A stretch of DNA of 60,088 nt, filler included, from an uncultured Thermoplasmatales archaeon (GTDB lineage Archaea; Thermoplasmatota; E2; DHVEG-1), in the NCBI GenBank assembly GCA_964517155.1. It is 4 parts of 4 records of this genome, joined end to end, with 100 filler letters (N's around TTAATTAATTAA, not from the genome) between each part and the next. Parts side by side here need not be neighbours in the genome. Positions count along the whole stretch, not along the records: positions 21,658 to 50,929 come from CAZFAZ010000086.1; positions 51,030 to 60,088 come from CAZFAZ010000088.1; 2 more parts are not named here. One strand, 5' to 3'. The stretch's first letter is position 1. Every line of letters begins with the position of its first letter. Both the position numbers and the translations under genes were made by a program. This document shows, in pieces, positions 48,416 through 58,384 of this stretch. The notes below the pieces were generated by a model. That model was not told the DNA's origin and ran no database searches. It worked only from the letters and a program-made list of their open reading frames with translations.

Positions 48416-49359
48416 ATGATAAAATAATAAGTCTATTGAAAAAAGATGAATTTGTATCTGGAGAAGTCATTGCAGAAAAACTTGGTATTTCAAGAACTGC
48501 AGTCTGGAAACAAATCAAATCGTTAAAAGATAAAGGATATGAAATTAAATCGATTAAAAATAAAGGATATCAAATGAAGTCTAGGCCAGATATACCATAT
48601 CCTGAAGAAGTATTAAATAAACTTAATACAAGGATAATCGGCAAAAGTATCTTGTATTTTGAAAAAATAGATTCAACTAATATTTATGCAAAAAAACTTG
48701 CAAAAGAAGGTGTTTTTGAAGGCTGTGTTGTTGTTGCAGATAAACAGGAGAAAGGTCGCGGTAGAAAAAATAGAACATGGACTTCACCAGAAGGAGGTTT
48801 ATGGTTTTCAATTATAGTGTATCCAGGTATTCCTCCTCAGAATGCAATGATAATTACAATGGCTGCATCTGTATCAGTTGTTGAAGCAGTTATAAAAAAG
48901 ACTGGATTAAAACCAGCGATTAAATGGCCTAATGATGTTTTAATTAATGGTAAAAAATTATGTGGAATTTTAACTGAGATGGATGCAGAGATGGATAGGA
49001 TTAACTATGCAGTTATAGGAATAGGTATTAATGTTAATAATAGTATAAGTAAAGATTTAAATGATCTTGCTACTTCTTTGAAAAATCAAACAAAAAGGAA
49101 CTGTTCACGAGTTGAACTTTTAGCAGATATTTTAAATATTTTTGATAAAAATTATATGTATATTAAATCTGGTGATTCTAAGGCTGTGAGAGATTCTTGG
49201 TTTATGCATGCAGATATTATTGGTAAAAAAGTTGAAGTTACTCTTGAAAAAGATAAGATAGTTGGTTTTGTAAATGATATCGATGAAAATGGTTGTCTTA
49301 TTCTCAAAAATGATATTGGTATTCAGAAGATTATTGCAGGTGATATACGATTTTTATAA
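48412..49359 (+). CDS. birA: bifunctional biotin ligase/repressor BirA
   Basis: N-terminal wHTH SGE.IAEKLGISRTAVWKQI, STN, Q..GRGR, KWPND, KLCGIL. Confidence 0.94.
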   Translation: MNDKIISLLKKDEFVSGEVIAEKLGISRTAVWKQIKSLKDKGYEIKSIKNKGYQMKSRPDIPYPEEVLNKLNTRIIGKSILYFEKIDSTNIYAKKLAKEGVFEGCVVVADKQEKGRGRKNRTWTSPEGGLWFSIIVYPGIPPQNAMIITMAASVSVVEAVIKKTGLKPAIKWPNDVLINGKKLCGILTEMDAEMDRINYAVIGIGINVNNSISKDLNDLATSLKNQTKRNCSRVELLADILNIFDKNYMYIKSGDSKAVRDSWFMHADIIGKKVEVTLEKDKIVGFVNDIDENGCLILKNDIGIQKIIAGDIRFL

Positions 49360-49437
49360 TAAAAATATATATTATTATAGAAATCTTTATAAATGACATC
49401 GTATATAATTTTTGGAAGTATGGATGTGTGAATAATT

Positions 49438-50484
49438 ATGAAAAGAAAAATAATTGGTATATATCTTATAGGAATATTTTTGTTTTTGAGTAGTATTACG
49501 GCAGGTGTTTTTGGCTACAGTTTAAATGAATATGAAAATCATGTTTCAAGTGAAGCAGTTGTTGTTAATTCAATATCAAAAAATTCTGATAATCCTGAAG
49601 TTTTAGATCAATATCAAAATGATACTAGTGGATTTCCGCTTATGGTTGGAAGATTTACGCCCGGTAATTCAACTTTAAATATTAAAATGGCTCAATCTTT
49701 TATCCCGCAAAAAGAAATTCTTACAAAAATACAGCTTTATATCTCTAAAAATCAATCTTCTTCGCAACCTTTTAATGTTGCTATTAGAAAAGAGTTAAGC
49801 GGTGGTAATCTTTTTGAAACCGGTGTTTTACCAGGAGATGTTAATGATTTTGATTTTTCAAATTCAACTGGAAATTTATCTTGGGTTGATTTTACAATTG
49901 AAAACTTGTTTGTAGATGTTGGGGAAACATATTATATTGTATGTTATACTCAAAATATTACAGATAATTTTTATCTGTGGGGTCATAACAATATCTCTTC
50001 TTCATATTTATATGGTGAAGCATATATCTCTTATGATGATGGTGCTTCATGGTCAAATAATTCCAAAACAAAAGCAAACCCTGCGCCAAAACCTTTGTTT
50101 AAAACAGCTAATTATGATGATGGAAATAAGTCAGATATGTGTTTTAGAACATATGGAATTGATGCAACAACACTTGATATAGGCTTTCCATTGTTTAGTA
50201 AAAATTTTTTTGCAATATTTGATAATTTAGGAGATTTAAATGCGACAAGTGTATTTTTTGATATATCGATTAAGGGTGGTTTTTTAAACTTAATTAATGA
50301 GTCACAAGCTGGTTTATTTGTAGTGCCAATAGAAGCTAACAGTTGTTTAACCGCAGAGGTAAACGTTTTTGGTTTAGGTCCTGTAAATATTACAGTTAGT
50401 GCTTATGCATCAAATGCAAAACTAGTTACAAAAACAGTAAAAGGTTTTGTAATACTATCATACGTGATAGTTTTACCCTTTTAA
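49438..50484 (+). CDS. secreted hypothetical protein
   Basis: Signal peptide MKRKIIG...; LDQYQ...AQSFIP domain and C-terminal GLGPVNITVSA domain. Confidence 0.7.
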   Translation: MKRKIIGIYLIGIFLFLSSITAGVFGYSLNEYENHVSSEAVVVNSISKNSDNPEVLDQYQNDTSGFPLMVGRFTPGNSTLNIKMAQSFIPQKEILTKIQLYISKNQSSSQPFNVAIRKELSGGNLFETGVLPGDVNDFDFSNSTGNLSWVDFTIENLFVDVGETYYIVCYTQNITDNFYLWGHNNISSSYLYGEAYISYDDGASWSNNSKTKANPAPKPLFKTANYDDGNKSDMCFRTYGIDATTLDIGFPLFSKNFFAIFDNLGDLNATSVFFDISIKGGFLNLINESQAGLFVVPIEANSCLTAEVNVFGLGPVNITVSAYASNAKLVTKTVKGFVILSYVIVLPF

Positions 50485-50569
50485 TTTTCTTTTTTTTGAA
50501 AAAATAGAAGACTTTATTAGTCATTTATTTGTAATAGTATAAAAAATTTGGGTGGAGGTAAAAAAAAGA

Positions 50570-50818
50570 ATGATAAAAATAAAAGATATAAAAATAAATG
50601 TGTCCACAGCAATAGCCGCGGCTTTTGGTTTTGTAATAGCATTGCTTTGGAGAGATGTAATTGTCGGGCTATTGAAAATGACGCCATTTTGGAGTGAGGA
50701 AGGTTTTTCTGATGCAACAGGTGCAATTGTTGCAATAGTTATGGTGCTTATTGTAACAATTTTATGTGTCGTTGGAATAATCTATATCTCAAAATGGGGC
50801 GGAATAGATAAAAAATAA
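50570..50818 (+). CDS. small 2-TM membrane protein (DUF5654-like)
   Basis: TAIAAAFGFVIALLWRD motif; SD GGTGGAGG. Confidence 0.75.
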   Translation: MIKIKDIKINVSTAIAAAFGFVIALLWRDVIVGLLKMTPFWSEEGFSDATGAIVAIVMVLIVTILCVVGIIYISKWGGIDKK

Positions 50819-50929
50819 TCTTTTTTTATATTCTTCTATGATAATTCGTCATGGAAGAGCTTCTTCCTATTTTTTTTTATCCATGACACTTTTATCGTGT
50901 TGCTATCCTTTTTCTACATTATCTTTATC

Positions 50930-51029
50930 NNNNNNNNNNNNNNNNNNNNNNNNNNNNNNNNNNNNNNNNNNNNTTAATTAATTAANNNNNNNNNNNNNNN
51001 NNNNNNNNNNNNNNNNNNNNNNNNNNNNN
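50930..51029. other. assembly gap with artificial linker
   Basis: N run - TTAATTAATTAA - N run. Confidence 0.98.
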
Positions 51030-51383
51030 CCCAGGGATATTACTAGATGAAAAATCTAGAATTTCCCCTATATTCCACACATTATTATCTTTGAATTCAT
51101 CTCTTAGAAGATCTCCGACAGTTTTTTGTATTTTTTCTCCACCAACCGTGATAAAAACAGCAGTATCTAACCCCAAATCTTCTCCACCACGATGTTCCAA
51201 TACAATATCATTACCATTAACAAAACCAACAATGTTTACAGAAGGAGTTGAAGGTTCAAAAGGGAAAGACAAAACAACAATACTTAGAACTGAAAAAAGC
51301 GCAACAGCTATACCAAGCAATAGTATCGTATCTAATACCTCACTTACTGCACTGTTTTTTTGTTTTATTTTTCGCTTAACCAT
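51030..51383 (-). CDS. archaeal type IV pilin (class III signal peptide), 3' end lost in gap
   Basis: KNSA|VSEVLDTILLLGIAVALF, LEHRGGEDL, WNIGE. Confidence 0.85.
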
Positions 51384-51398
51384 AAAGCTCTTACCTTT

Positions 51399-53165
51399 TT
51401 AGAACAATAATTTAAAGACAAAAAATGAAATAACTGCCAATACACAAGCATATCTTACACCAGATGCTACTTTCCCATCCATCATATACCCTGCAAGAAG
51501 TCCTGCACCTATAGCCTGAACATAAACAAATGAAAACAAAGCATATTTAAGCAATACTGGGTCAACTTGCGATATATTAATTACACTTCCAACTTGTGAA
51601 ATTTGTTTTGCTTGAAGCTCAAAAAACGAAGTAAAAATTGTTTGCTCAAGTATCAAAATTATTGCAAGAAACACAAAGAAACATAAAATAATTACAGACA
51701 TATAAATCGACATATTTGCTTTTCTCTGATGCTCAATACTATTAATCTGATTTACTTCTTTTGCTGCTGCTTTGAAAAGCTTTGCAGTGTTACCACCCAT
51801 TATTAAACCTTCATTAATAGTTACTACTATTCTTTGTATGATACCTGATTTTACACGCTCTGAAAAATTAACAAAAACCTCTCTCACAGACAAATTCCAT
51901 GAAAGCTGAGCCTTCATCTTTTTAATTTCATCATTTAACTTACCATATCTACCTTTCTCAGCAACCTTTATCGCCTCAAGAGCATTCATGCCAGAAGACA
52001 AAGAATCACTTACTTCTATGAGAAAATCAGGAAGCCGCTCCTGCATATCCTTTTTCTCTTTATGCTTCAAATGCATATAAAAACTAATAGGAGTAATCAA
52101 AAATAAAAACACCAAGAAAACAATATCTAAATTAAGATACAGACTTTCCTGAAATATTCCTTGATGAACAAGAGCATACATCACTGCTACAAAAATTAAT
52201 GAAAAAAGAACTGAAAAACCAAATACCAAAAGCATAGTTTTATACTTCTCAAAAAAACTTAACTGCTCAGTTTTTTTTAAAGCAACATATCTACTAATAT
52301 TTTCAGAAGTAGTTGACCTGATAAGTACATAAAAAGCAAGATATATCAAAGGTAAAAAAAGAAATGAAAAAACAAATAATACAAAAATTGAAAAATCCAT
52401 AGAACCGCCAAAAAAACCCATAATCGAAAGAATTATTACCAAAAATATAGGAAACGCAATAACACTTATTACAAATGCTTCTGCTACAACTCCTAGAAGC
52501 TCTATATGTTTTTTACGCTCTATTAAATCATCTTCAAGAAATTTATCAGATACATTCTCAAGATAATTATTAAGATCGCTACCAGATTGAATAGTTCCAA
52601 TTATGCCTTGTAAAAACGATATAAATTTTTTTGAAGGAGAAAGCTCAATTGCATGCTTGATTGCAGTAACATTATCTACCCCCATAACATTTATTTCTTT
52701 TGCAATTCTTTTGGCTTCAATTTGTATCTCACCATAAACCTTTATAGTCGACAAAGTCTGAAATATCTCAGATGGTGATACTCCTGCTACAGCCATTGAG
52801 CTAATAAAATTAATAGCATAAGGCAAGAAACGATCGATATTTTCAGCTCTTTTCTTAATTTTATACGTAGGCAGATACAAATATAAAAAAATACAAACCA
52901 AGGTTATAACTAATGGAATTATTGCAACTAAAAGCATTGTAATATAATTCGGGTTTAAAACATATAAAACAGCTGAGGCAATAAGTGAAATATTAAAAAA
53001 TAGTATGACATTTACCAAGGCCAGTGAATAATATTCTTGATGCTCCAGAGGGATATTTGCTTTTTCCAGTATAACATTTTTTTCTTCAAGCTCTTTTTGC
53101 TCGTTTTTTAGGAAAAATTTTCCAAACAATTTTTCACAAAATTTTACATATTTTGTTTTTCTCAT
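51399..53165 (-). CDS. type IV pilus inner-membrane platform protein (PilC/TadC, two T2SS-F domains)
   Basis: IDRFLPYAINF..SMA.AG, SPSKKF..FLQG, RLPDFL.....SG, multiple TM helices. Confidence 0.88.
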   Translation of the reverse strand: MRKTKYVKFCEKLFGKFFLKNEQKELEEKNVILEKANIPLEHQEYYSLALVNVILFFNISLIASAVLYVLNPNYITMLLVAIIPLVITLVCIFLYLYLPTYKIKKRAENIDRFLPYAINFISSMAVAGVSPSEIFQTLSTIKVYGEIQIEAKRIAKEINVMGVDNVTAIKHAIELSPSKKFISFLQGIIGTIQSGSDLNNYLENVSDKFLEDDLIERKKHIELLGVVAEAFVISVIAFPIFLVIILSIMGFFGGSMDFSIFVLFVFSFLFLPLIYLAFYVLIRSTTSENISRYVALKKTEQLSFFEKYKTMLLVFGFSVLFSLIFVAVMYALVHQGIFQESLYLNLDIVFLVFLFLITPISFYMHLKHKEKKDMQERLPDFLIEVSDSLSSGMNALEAIKVAEKGRYGKLNDEIKKMKAQLSWNLSVREVFVNFSERVKSGIIQRIVVTINEGLIMGGNTAKLFKAAAKEVNQINSIEHQRKANMSIYMSVIILCFFVFLAIILILEQTIFTSFFELQAKQISQVGSVINISQVDPVLLKYALFSFVYVQAIGAGLLAGYMMDGKVASGVRYACVLAVISFFVFKLLF

Positions 53166-55153
53166 TTAGAAGCCTCAACTTGTTTCAAAACCTCAACCGG
53201 ATCGGTATAATAATCTGAGATTATTTTTCCAACTTGAACATAACTTCTCTGCTTGTTTTTCTGCATCCATTTTAGAACTTTTACTCTATTTTTAAGTTCT
53301 TTTTGAAGTCTTTCATCAGACCACATATTTTCAAGTTTTATTTTAGTTATAAGCCTGCTTCCTTTTGTATCCTCAAAACGATCATCAATTTCAGATACCC
53401 AGTAAAAAGGCGATATCGTAACCAGCCTGTTTGTTTCAGGATCCAGTTTAATTATTTCTGTGACATTTGTTACCCTGCGAACAGGTTCTCCTTTAACTGT
53501 TAAACTATTCATGAAAATAACCATATCCAAAGAAGTTAATAACGCTCGTGGCAGACTTATCGGCGGGTTTTCAAGTCTTTGTATAAGCGAATGCATATCA
53601 CTTGCATGAATTGTTGAATAAGAAAGATGACCTGTGGTCATCGCTTGAAACAGGCTGTATGCTTCTTTACCACGAACTTCTCCTACTATTATTGCACGAG
53701 GTCTCTGACGAAGAGCAACACGTATAAGATCATACATATCAATGTCTTTACCTGTTTTACTTTGCTCAGAGGTTGTAAAACCAGTACGAGTAGTTCCTGC
53801 AATCCAATTTTCATGCGGCAAATTTATTTCACGAGTATCTTCTACAGATACAATTTTATATGCCGAAGGTAAAAACAATGATAAAGCATTAAGCATTGTT
53901 GTTTTACCACTGGCAGTTCCACCACAAAACAAAACTGATGCACCTTTTTCTATTGTAAGCCAAAAATAAGCAGCCATTCCAACAGACATTGTATTATTAT
54001 CTATTAAATCAACAGGAGTCAAAGGATCCTCGCGAAATCTTCTAATTGTAAAAGTCGAGTATTTAGTAATTGTTTTTCCAAGTGTAGTCTGCAGACGACT
54101 ACCATCTGCAAGTTTACCATCGACAACAGGCTCATAGACAGATATCTGTTTACCGCACATCTGAGAAAGTTTTATTACAAATGAGTCTAACTCATCTGAA
54201 TCATTAAAAAAAACATTTGATTTAATATTTTCATATGTTTTATGATAAATAAAAATTGGGATACCGCATCCATCACAAGAAATATCTTCTACAACCTCAT
54301 CATGCATCATTATATCGATTTTACCATAACCTACGAACTCTCTATAGATATAATAAAAAATTTTATCTTTTGATTCAGGCGTGATATTAATATGATTTTC
54401 CACAATTAGTTTTTCTAACGCATGCTGCAGTTGTCGCACTTTTTCATCTGAATCAACATCAAAAACATCTACATCTGCTCTGACACAAAAAAGATGTATA
54501 AGTTTATCTTTTAATCTTGTTTCTTCCTCTGATAAATTAGGCTCTAACACAAGATATCTATACTGCTTGGCATCCTTATCAAAAACAATGCGGCGCGTTC
54601 CAAGACCTTTCCAACCAAAACCTGTACGCTCATATACTACATCACCTTCGCCTTCATCTGCAAAAACTTGCACAACATCTTGTTCATTTTCAAGGTTTAT
54701 GACATGTTCATCCTTATGTTTTATTATTTCAATTTTAGATTGATCAAACTTTTTGGATTCAGATATATCTTCTTTCTTTTTTTTAGATTTTTCATCTTGC
54801 TTTTTTGATTCTTTCATTACCTGCTTATTTTTTTCTTTTTCTTCCTTTTTTTCTTGAATTCTTCTTAATTTTTCTTCTTTATTTCTTTGTTTTTCTTCTT
54901 GCTTTGCATTCCTCTTTGCATCCTTCTGTTTCTGTTTATTTTGTTTCTGCTTTTCAATTTCTTTTAACCGCTCTTCTTTTTGTTTTTGCTTTTCTTTTTC
55001 TTTTTCTTGTAAAAGATTATCAATTTTGTTTATTTTTTCTTTATGAGAATCACTATTTTTATCCTCTTTTAAGGGTTTTTTAATGTCATCTTTTTTATTT
55101 TCTTTTTTGACCTTTGCTTGTTTATTTACTTTAATTTTTTTCAGATGAATCAA
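53162..55153 (-). CDS. type IV pilus assembly ATPase (PilB/VirB11-like) with a Lys/Glu-rich N-terminal extension
   Basis: EDISCDG, FTIRRF, Walker A GGTASGKTT, EDTRE, LRQRP..IIVGEVRG.EA, TGH..STIHA. Confidence 0.92.
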   Translation of the reverse strand: MIHLKKIKVNKQAKVKKENKKDDIKKPLKEDKNSDSHKEKINKIDNLLQEKEKEKQKQKEERLKEIEKQKQNKQKQKDAKRNAKQEEKQRNKEEKLRRIQEKKEEKEKNKQVMKESKKQDEKSKKKKEDISESKKFDQSKIEIIKHKDEHVINLENEQDVVQVFADEGEGDVVYERTGFGWKGLGTRRIVFDKDAKQYRYLVLEPNLSEEETRLKDKLIHLFCVRADVDVFDVDSDEKVRQLQHALEKLIVENHINITPESKDKIFYYIYREFVGYGKIDIMMHDEVVEDISCDGCGIPIFIYHKTYENIKSNVFFNDSDELDSFVIKLSQMCGKQISVYEPVVDGKLADGSRLQTTLGKTITKYSTFTIRRFREDPLTPVDLIDNNTMSVGMAAYFWLTIEKGASVLFCGGTASGKTTMLNALSLFLPSAYKIVSVEDTREINLPHENWIAGTTRTGFTTSEQSKTGKDIDMYDLIRVALRQRPRAIIVGEVRGKEAYSLFQAMTTGHLSYSTIHASDMHSLIQRLENPPISLPRALLTSLDMVIFMNSLTVKGEPVRRVTNVTEIIKLDPETNRLVTISPFYWVSEIDDRFEDTKGSRLITKIKLENMWSDERLQKELKNRVKVLKWMQKNKQRSYVQVGKIISDYYTDPVEVLKQVEASK

Positions 55154-55206
55154 CCTCCATATCTGGAGTTTATATATTTTTTTAAAGTTATATCTATAAA
55201 TGGTGT

Positions 55207-55229
55207 CAAGTGTTAAATAGTAACACTTG
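55207..55229. promoter_or_regulatory. palindromic operator upstream of the pilus operon
   Basis: CAAGTGTTA-AATAG-TAACACTTG perfect 9-bp inverted repeat. Confidence 0.55.
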
Positions 55230-55437
55230 TTTTGTTAACTAATATCAATTATTTAATGCTGTATAATGCTTTTTTCCTCCCGCCACCATTTAATTTTATG
55301 ACTACAAGGTAAATATTACTATTCTTTAAAAGTTTCGAATTTAAAAAATGACGTTTCTAACTAATAATTCTCAGAAAAAAAACAATTAAACCTTTCTAAA
55401 TAAAAGTTAAAAATGCTATTAGTAAATGTAATCAAAA

Positions 55438-55510
55438 CGGATCTGCCGGGATTTGAACCCAGGTTTAAGGCTCCGGAAGCCTTTGTGATATCCAGCTACA
55501 CTACAGACCC
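55438..55510 (-). tRNA. tRNA-Arg(CCG)
   Basis: Reverse complement GGGTCTG...AAGGC-TTCCGGA-GCCTT...CTGGGTTCAAATCCCGG-CAGATCC-G. Confidence 0.93.
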
Positions 55511-55601
55511 ATAAATTAGCATATTACAAAATACATTTATCTTAATTTTCTTTAATTACAAAAAAATAAAATTAAATACCTGTAACATCATTCATGTTTT
55601 A

Positions 55602-56021
55602 ATGGATTTGGAGGGGATGATTGAAAAAATTCCATCCACTGAGAAAATTCTTGGTGTAGTATGGATTACAAGTTGGGTTCTTGCTATTTGGATGTATCAC
55701 GTACAGTTTTTTTTAACAGGTCTTTTTTGCCTGTTTTTAGTTCTCATACTACTAGGAAAACTTGATAAAAATGAAGAAAAAACACATAAAAATATACTAC
55801 CTGCTGTTTTTTCAATGGATAAAAACACTAAAACACTCAAAGTTCAAAAACTTTACGAAGAAGGTCTAAAATGGGATGAACATGAAGTTTGCTCAGGAAT
55901 GGCTTTACTCCCAAGTGGCCCTATTAAAGAAGGCGATGTTGTAACAGGATGCAAAGGAAATGTTGCGTTAAGACATATTCCAACTAACAAATTGTTTGGT
56001 GGATTTAATTTTGAAGAATAA
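55602..56021 (+). CDS. hypothetical membrane protein
   Basis: Two N-terminal TM helices and a small soluble domain; SD GGAGGGG may favour ATG 55617. Confidence 0.7.
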   Translation: MDLEGMIEKIPSTEKILGVVWITSWVLAIWMYHVQFFLTGLFCLFLVLILLGKLDKNEEKTHKNILPAVFSMDKNTKTLKVQKLYEEGLKWDEHEVCSGMALLPSGPIKEGDVVTGCKGNVALRHIPTNKLFGGFNFEE

Positions 56022-56079
56022 CAATTTTATCGCAATTTTTGGTATAAAATTTAAATACTTGTACATATTTTATAATTAT

Positions 56080-56145
56080 GGGGGAGTCTGGATAAGATTT
56101 ATGGGCGCATCCCATCCCATTCCTTCTTTATTTCCAGACTTCTCT
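56080..56145 (+). ncRNA. candidate ~65-nt hairpin sRNA
   Basis: TTTAAATA at 56050-56057; 12-bp stem GGGGAGTCTGGA/TCCAGACTTCTC enclosing ATGGG-CGCAT-CCCAT and a CCCATTCCTTC tract. Confidence 0.4.
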
Positions 56146-56239
56146 AATCAATACAGTCATTTTTTTGTAGAAAATATTATAGCTTATTAATATAATATAT
56201 AGGAAAACATATCTTATATGAAAGGGAGAAAGAAAAAAT

Positions 56240-57676
56240 ATGGTTAAAATCCATGTTAATAAAAGATTTTTAATTGGTAGTGTTAGTATTATCTCTGTTT
56301 TATTTTTATCAATTAGTGCTTTTATGCCATCTTTCTTTTTTAACAACTTTGAGCAAAAAGAAACAAAAATAACATCTATAAAAGATTCCTGGGACATAAC
56401 TGTTCCTGATGACTATAAAACCATACAAGATGCAATTGACAATGCAAAAACCGGGGATAGAATCCTTATTAAAAACGGCACATATTCCCCTAAATTATTC
56501 CCTAGTTCCATATCTATTAAAAAAGATAATCTTGTCATATGCGGCCAGGATACACACTCTACAATTATTAATGGCCTTAATTTAAAAATTGTTGTTGATA
56601 TAAAAGCAAATAATGTTAGTTTTTGTAATTTTACTGTCAAAGGCAACGGTGTCAATGGCACTATTTTAAAAATACATGGAAATTATAACAAAATCAAAAA
56701 CAACATTTTTGATGTAAACAACAAATATGATGGCACCGAATACGGCATATATCTCTATAATTCATTTTACAATAACCTCTCAAATAATTATGTACACAAT
56801 GGAGATTACGGAATTGATCTTTTAGGATCTGATGAAAATACTTTTTATGCAAATACAATAGAAAGAAACAATATAGGTTTTGATGTAAATAGTATTCTTG
56901 CTGTTGATTTTGAAAAAAGTATTACTAAAAAACTTTATTTTAAACCTTGTTCTTCTAACTATTTTATAAAAAATGTTTTTAAAGACAACAATCAAGGTGT
57001 TGTTCTTGACGACTCAGATAATAATATTTTTTTGAATAATTCTTTTGAGAATAATGGAAGGCATGGATTAATTCTTTCAAGTTGTAAAAACAATGTTGTA
57101 AAAAATAATGTTTTTATAAATAACGGTTTTGATATTTTTGGAACTAAAATTGAGCATTTTACTCATACTCTCAAAAACAATGTTGTAAATGGCAAACCAA
57201 TTTATTATTATTTTAATAAAAATAATTTTGATATACCTTCAGATGCAGGTCAGATAATACTTGTAAACTGCAACTCAGTTCGCATTAAAAAAATAGATAT
57301 TAGCAATACTTCCACAGGTTTATTAATTGCTTTTTCAAGTTCTGTTTATGTTCAAGACTGCGAATTTAAAAATAATTACCGTGGCGTATTTTTATATTAT
57401 TCTAAAAATTGCAATTTTAAGTATAATAACTTTATAAAAAATGTTTTTCATGTACGCTATGTATCAGATGGTGTTTTTAATTCAAAAAGTAATTTTTATC
57501 AGTATAACTATTGGGAAAATATTATTGGTTCAAAGCTAAAACTTTTTAAAAGTGCAGCCAGACCAATAAGAGGGATAGCTCATTTGAAGAATCGTTTTGA
57601 TAATTTTAGGATTATACCTATTTTATTTGTTAGACAATATGATTTAAGACCAGCACGAAAACCTTACACCATATAA
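56240..57676 (+). CDS. secreted right-handed parallel beta-helix (NosD/CASH-like) protein
   Basis: Signal anchor; VPDDYKTIQDAIDNA..GD.I.IKNGTY; repeated GI.L..S..N...NN units. Confidence 0.85.
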   Translation: MVKIHVNKRFLIGSVSIISVLFLSISAFMPSFFFNNFEQKETKITSIKDSWDITVPDDYKTIQDAIDNAKTGDRILIKNGTYSPKLFPSSISIKKDNLVICGQDTHSTIINGLNLKIVVDIKANNVSFCNFTVKGNGVNGTILKIHGNYNKIKNNIFDVNNKYDGTEYGIYLYNSFYNNLSNNYVHNGDYGIDLLGSDENTFYANTIERNNIGFDVNSILAVDFEKSITKKLYFKPCSSNYFIKNVFKDNNQGVVLDDSDNNIFLNNSFENNGRHGLILSSCKNNVVKNNVFINNGFDIFGTKIEHFTHTLKNNVVNGKPIYYYFNKNNFDIPSDAGQIILVNCNSVRIKKIDISNTSTGLLIAFSSSVYVQDCEFKNNYRGVFLYYSKNCNFKYNNFIKNVFHVRYVSDGVFNSKSNFYQYNYWENIIGSKLKLFKSAARPIRGIAHLKNRFDNFRIIPILFVRQYDLRPARKPYTI

Positions 57677-57685
57677 AAAAAACGT

Positions 57686-58171
57686 TTATTTGGCAGGATA
57701 TTTTGCAGCAGCCCATGCATTATAACCACCGGCTAAATTGTATATTTTACCATATACGTGACCGGTAAGATCTAAACAAAACTCTGCACCAACTTTACCA
57801 TCTACACTATATACCAATATATCAGTCGTGCTATTATAATCGCCTTCAACTTGGTATAATGTAGCAGGGTTAGCATTCATTGTTGCTCCTGGTAAATGAC
57901 CTTTGTTAAACTGACAAGAGCTGCAACCTTCTAATCCGCGGCAGTCGATTACAGTTAGGTTTTCTGTAGTGTTTATAATTTCATATGCCTCTTTAGGCAT
58001 TACGTTACTAAAAGTTGTGGTATAAGTTGGCACATTATTACTTTCATTATCTGAAAAAAAATCATTTGAAAAAGCAAATACCACTACAGATAATGCCAAT
58101 GTCAAAGCTAGCAATATTGTAAGAAAAATTGAGAATTTTCTATCGTTTTTTTCAGATTCTAATTCAGCCAT
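57686..58171 (-). CDS. membrane-anchored rhodanese-like domain protein
   Basis: TM helix, VIDCR, GHLPGA, YNLAGGYNAW. Confidence 0.8.
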   Translation of the reverse strand: MAELESEKNDRKFSIFLTILLALTLALSVVVFAFSNDFFSDNESNNVPTYTTTFSNVMPKEAYEIINTTENLTVIDCRGLEGCSSCQFNKGHLPGATMNANPATLYQVEGDYNSTTDILVYSVDGKVGAEFCLDLTGHVYGKIYNLAGGYNAWAAAKYPAK

Positions 58172-58384
58172 ATTTTTTGTTATAATGCTAAATCTTGTAT
58201 TTTTATTTTTGTTTTTTTATAGCAAAATTTTTAGACATACTCAAAAAATCAATAACTCAAATGTTATTTTTTAAACTTAGATGAAATAATATCAATATCC
58301 TTAACTTTTTTAATATTATCAGAACGAGTTTTAACCACGTCTTTAACATGGCTACGAATCTCATCTAAAACCTTATCCGCCTCA

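Noticed and set aside
50848..50887. GTCATGGA...TCCATGAC inverted repeat near the gap
   Set aside because: Probably an ordinary hairpin between convergent genes; context is lost at the contig end
55438..55510. tRNA-Arg as a second integration site
   Set aside because: No duplicated 3' end and no integrase seen nearby
55605..55616. Complementarity between CCCCTCCAA (36897-36905) and TTGGAGGGG near the start of the 55602 gene, as an sRNA target
   Set aside because: A 9-nt match to an SD-like sequence is expected by chance for any C-rich tract; not evidence alone
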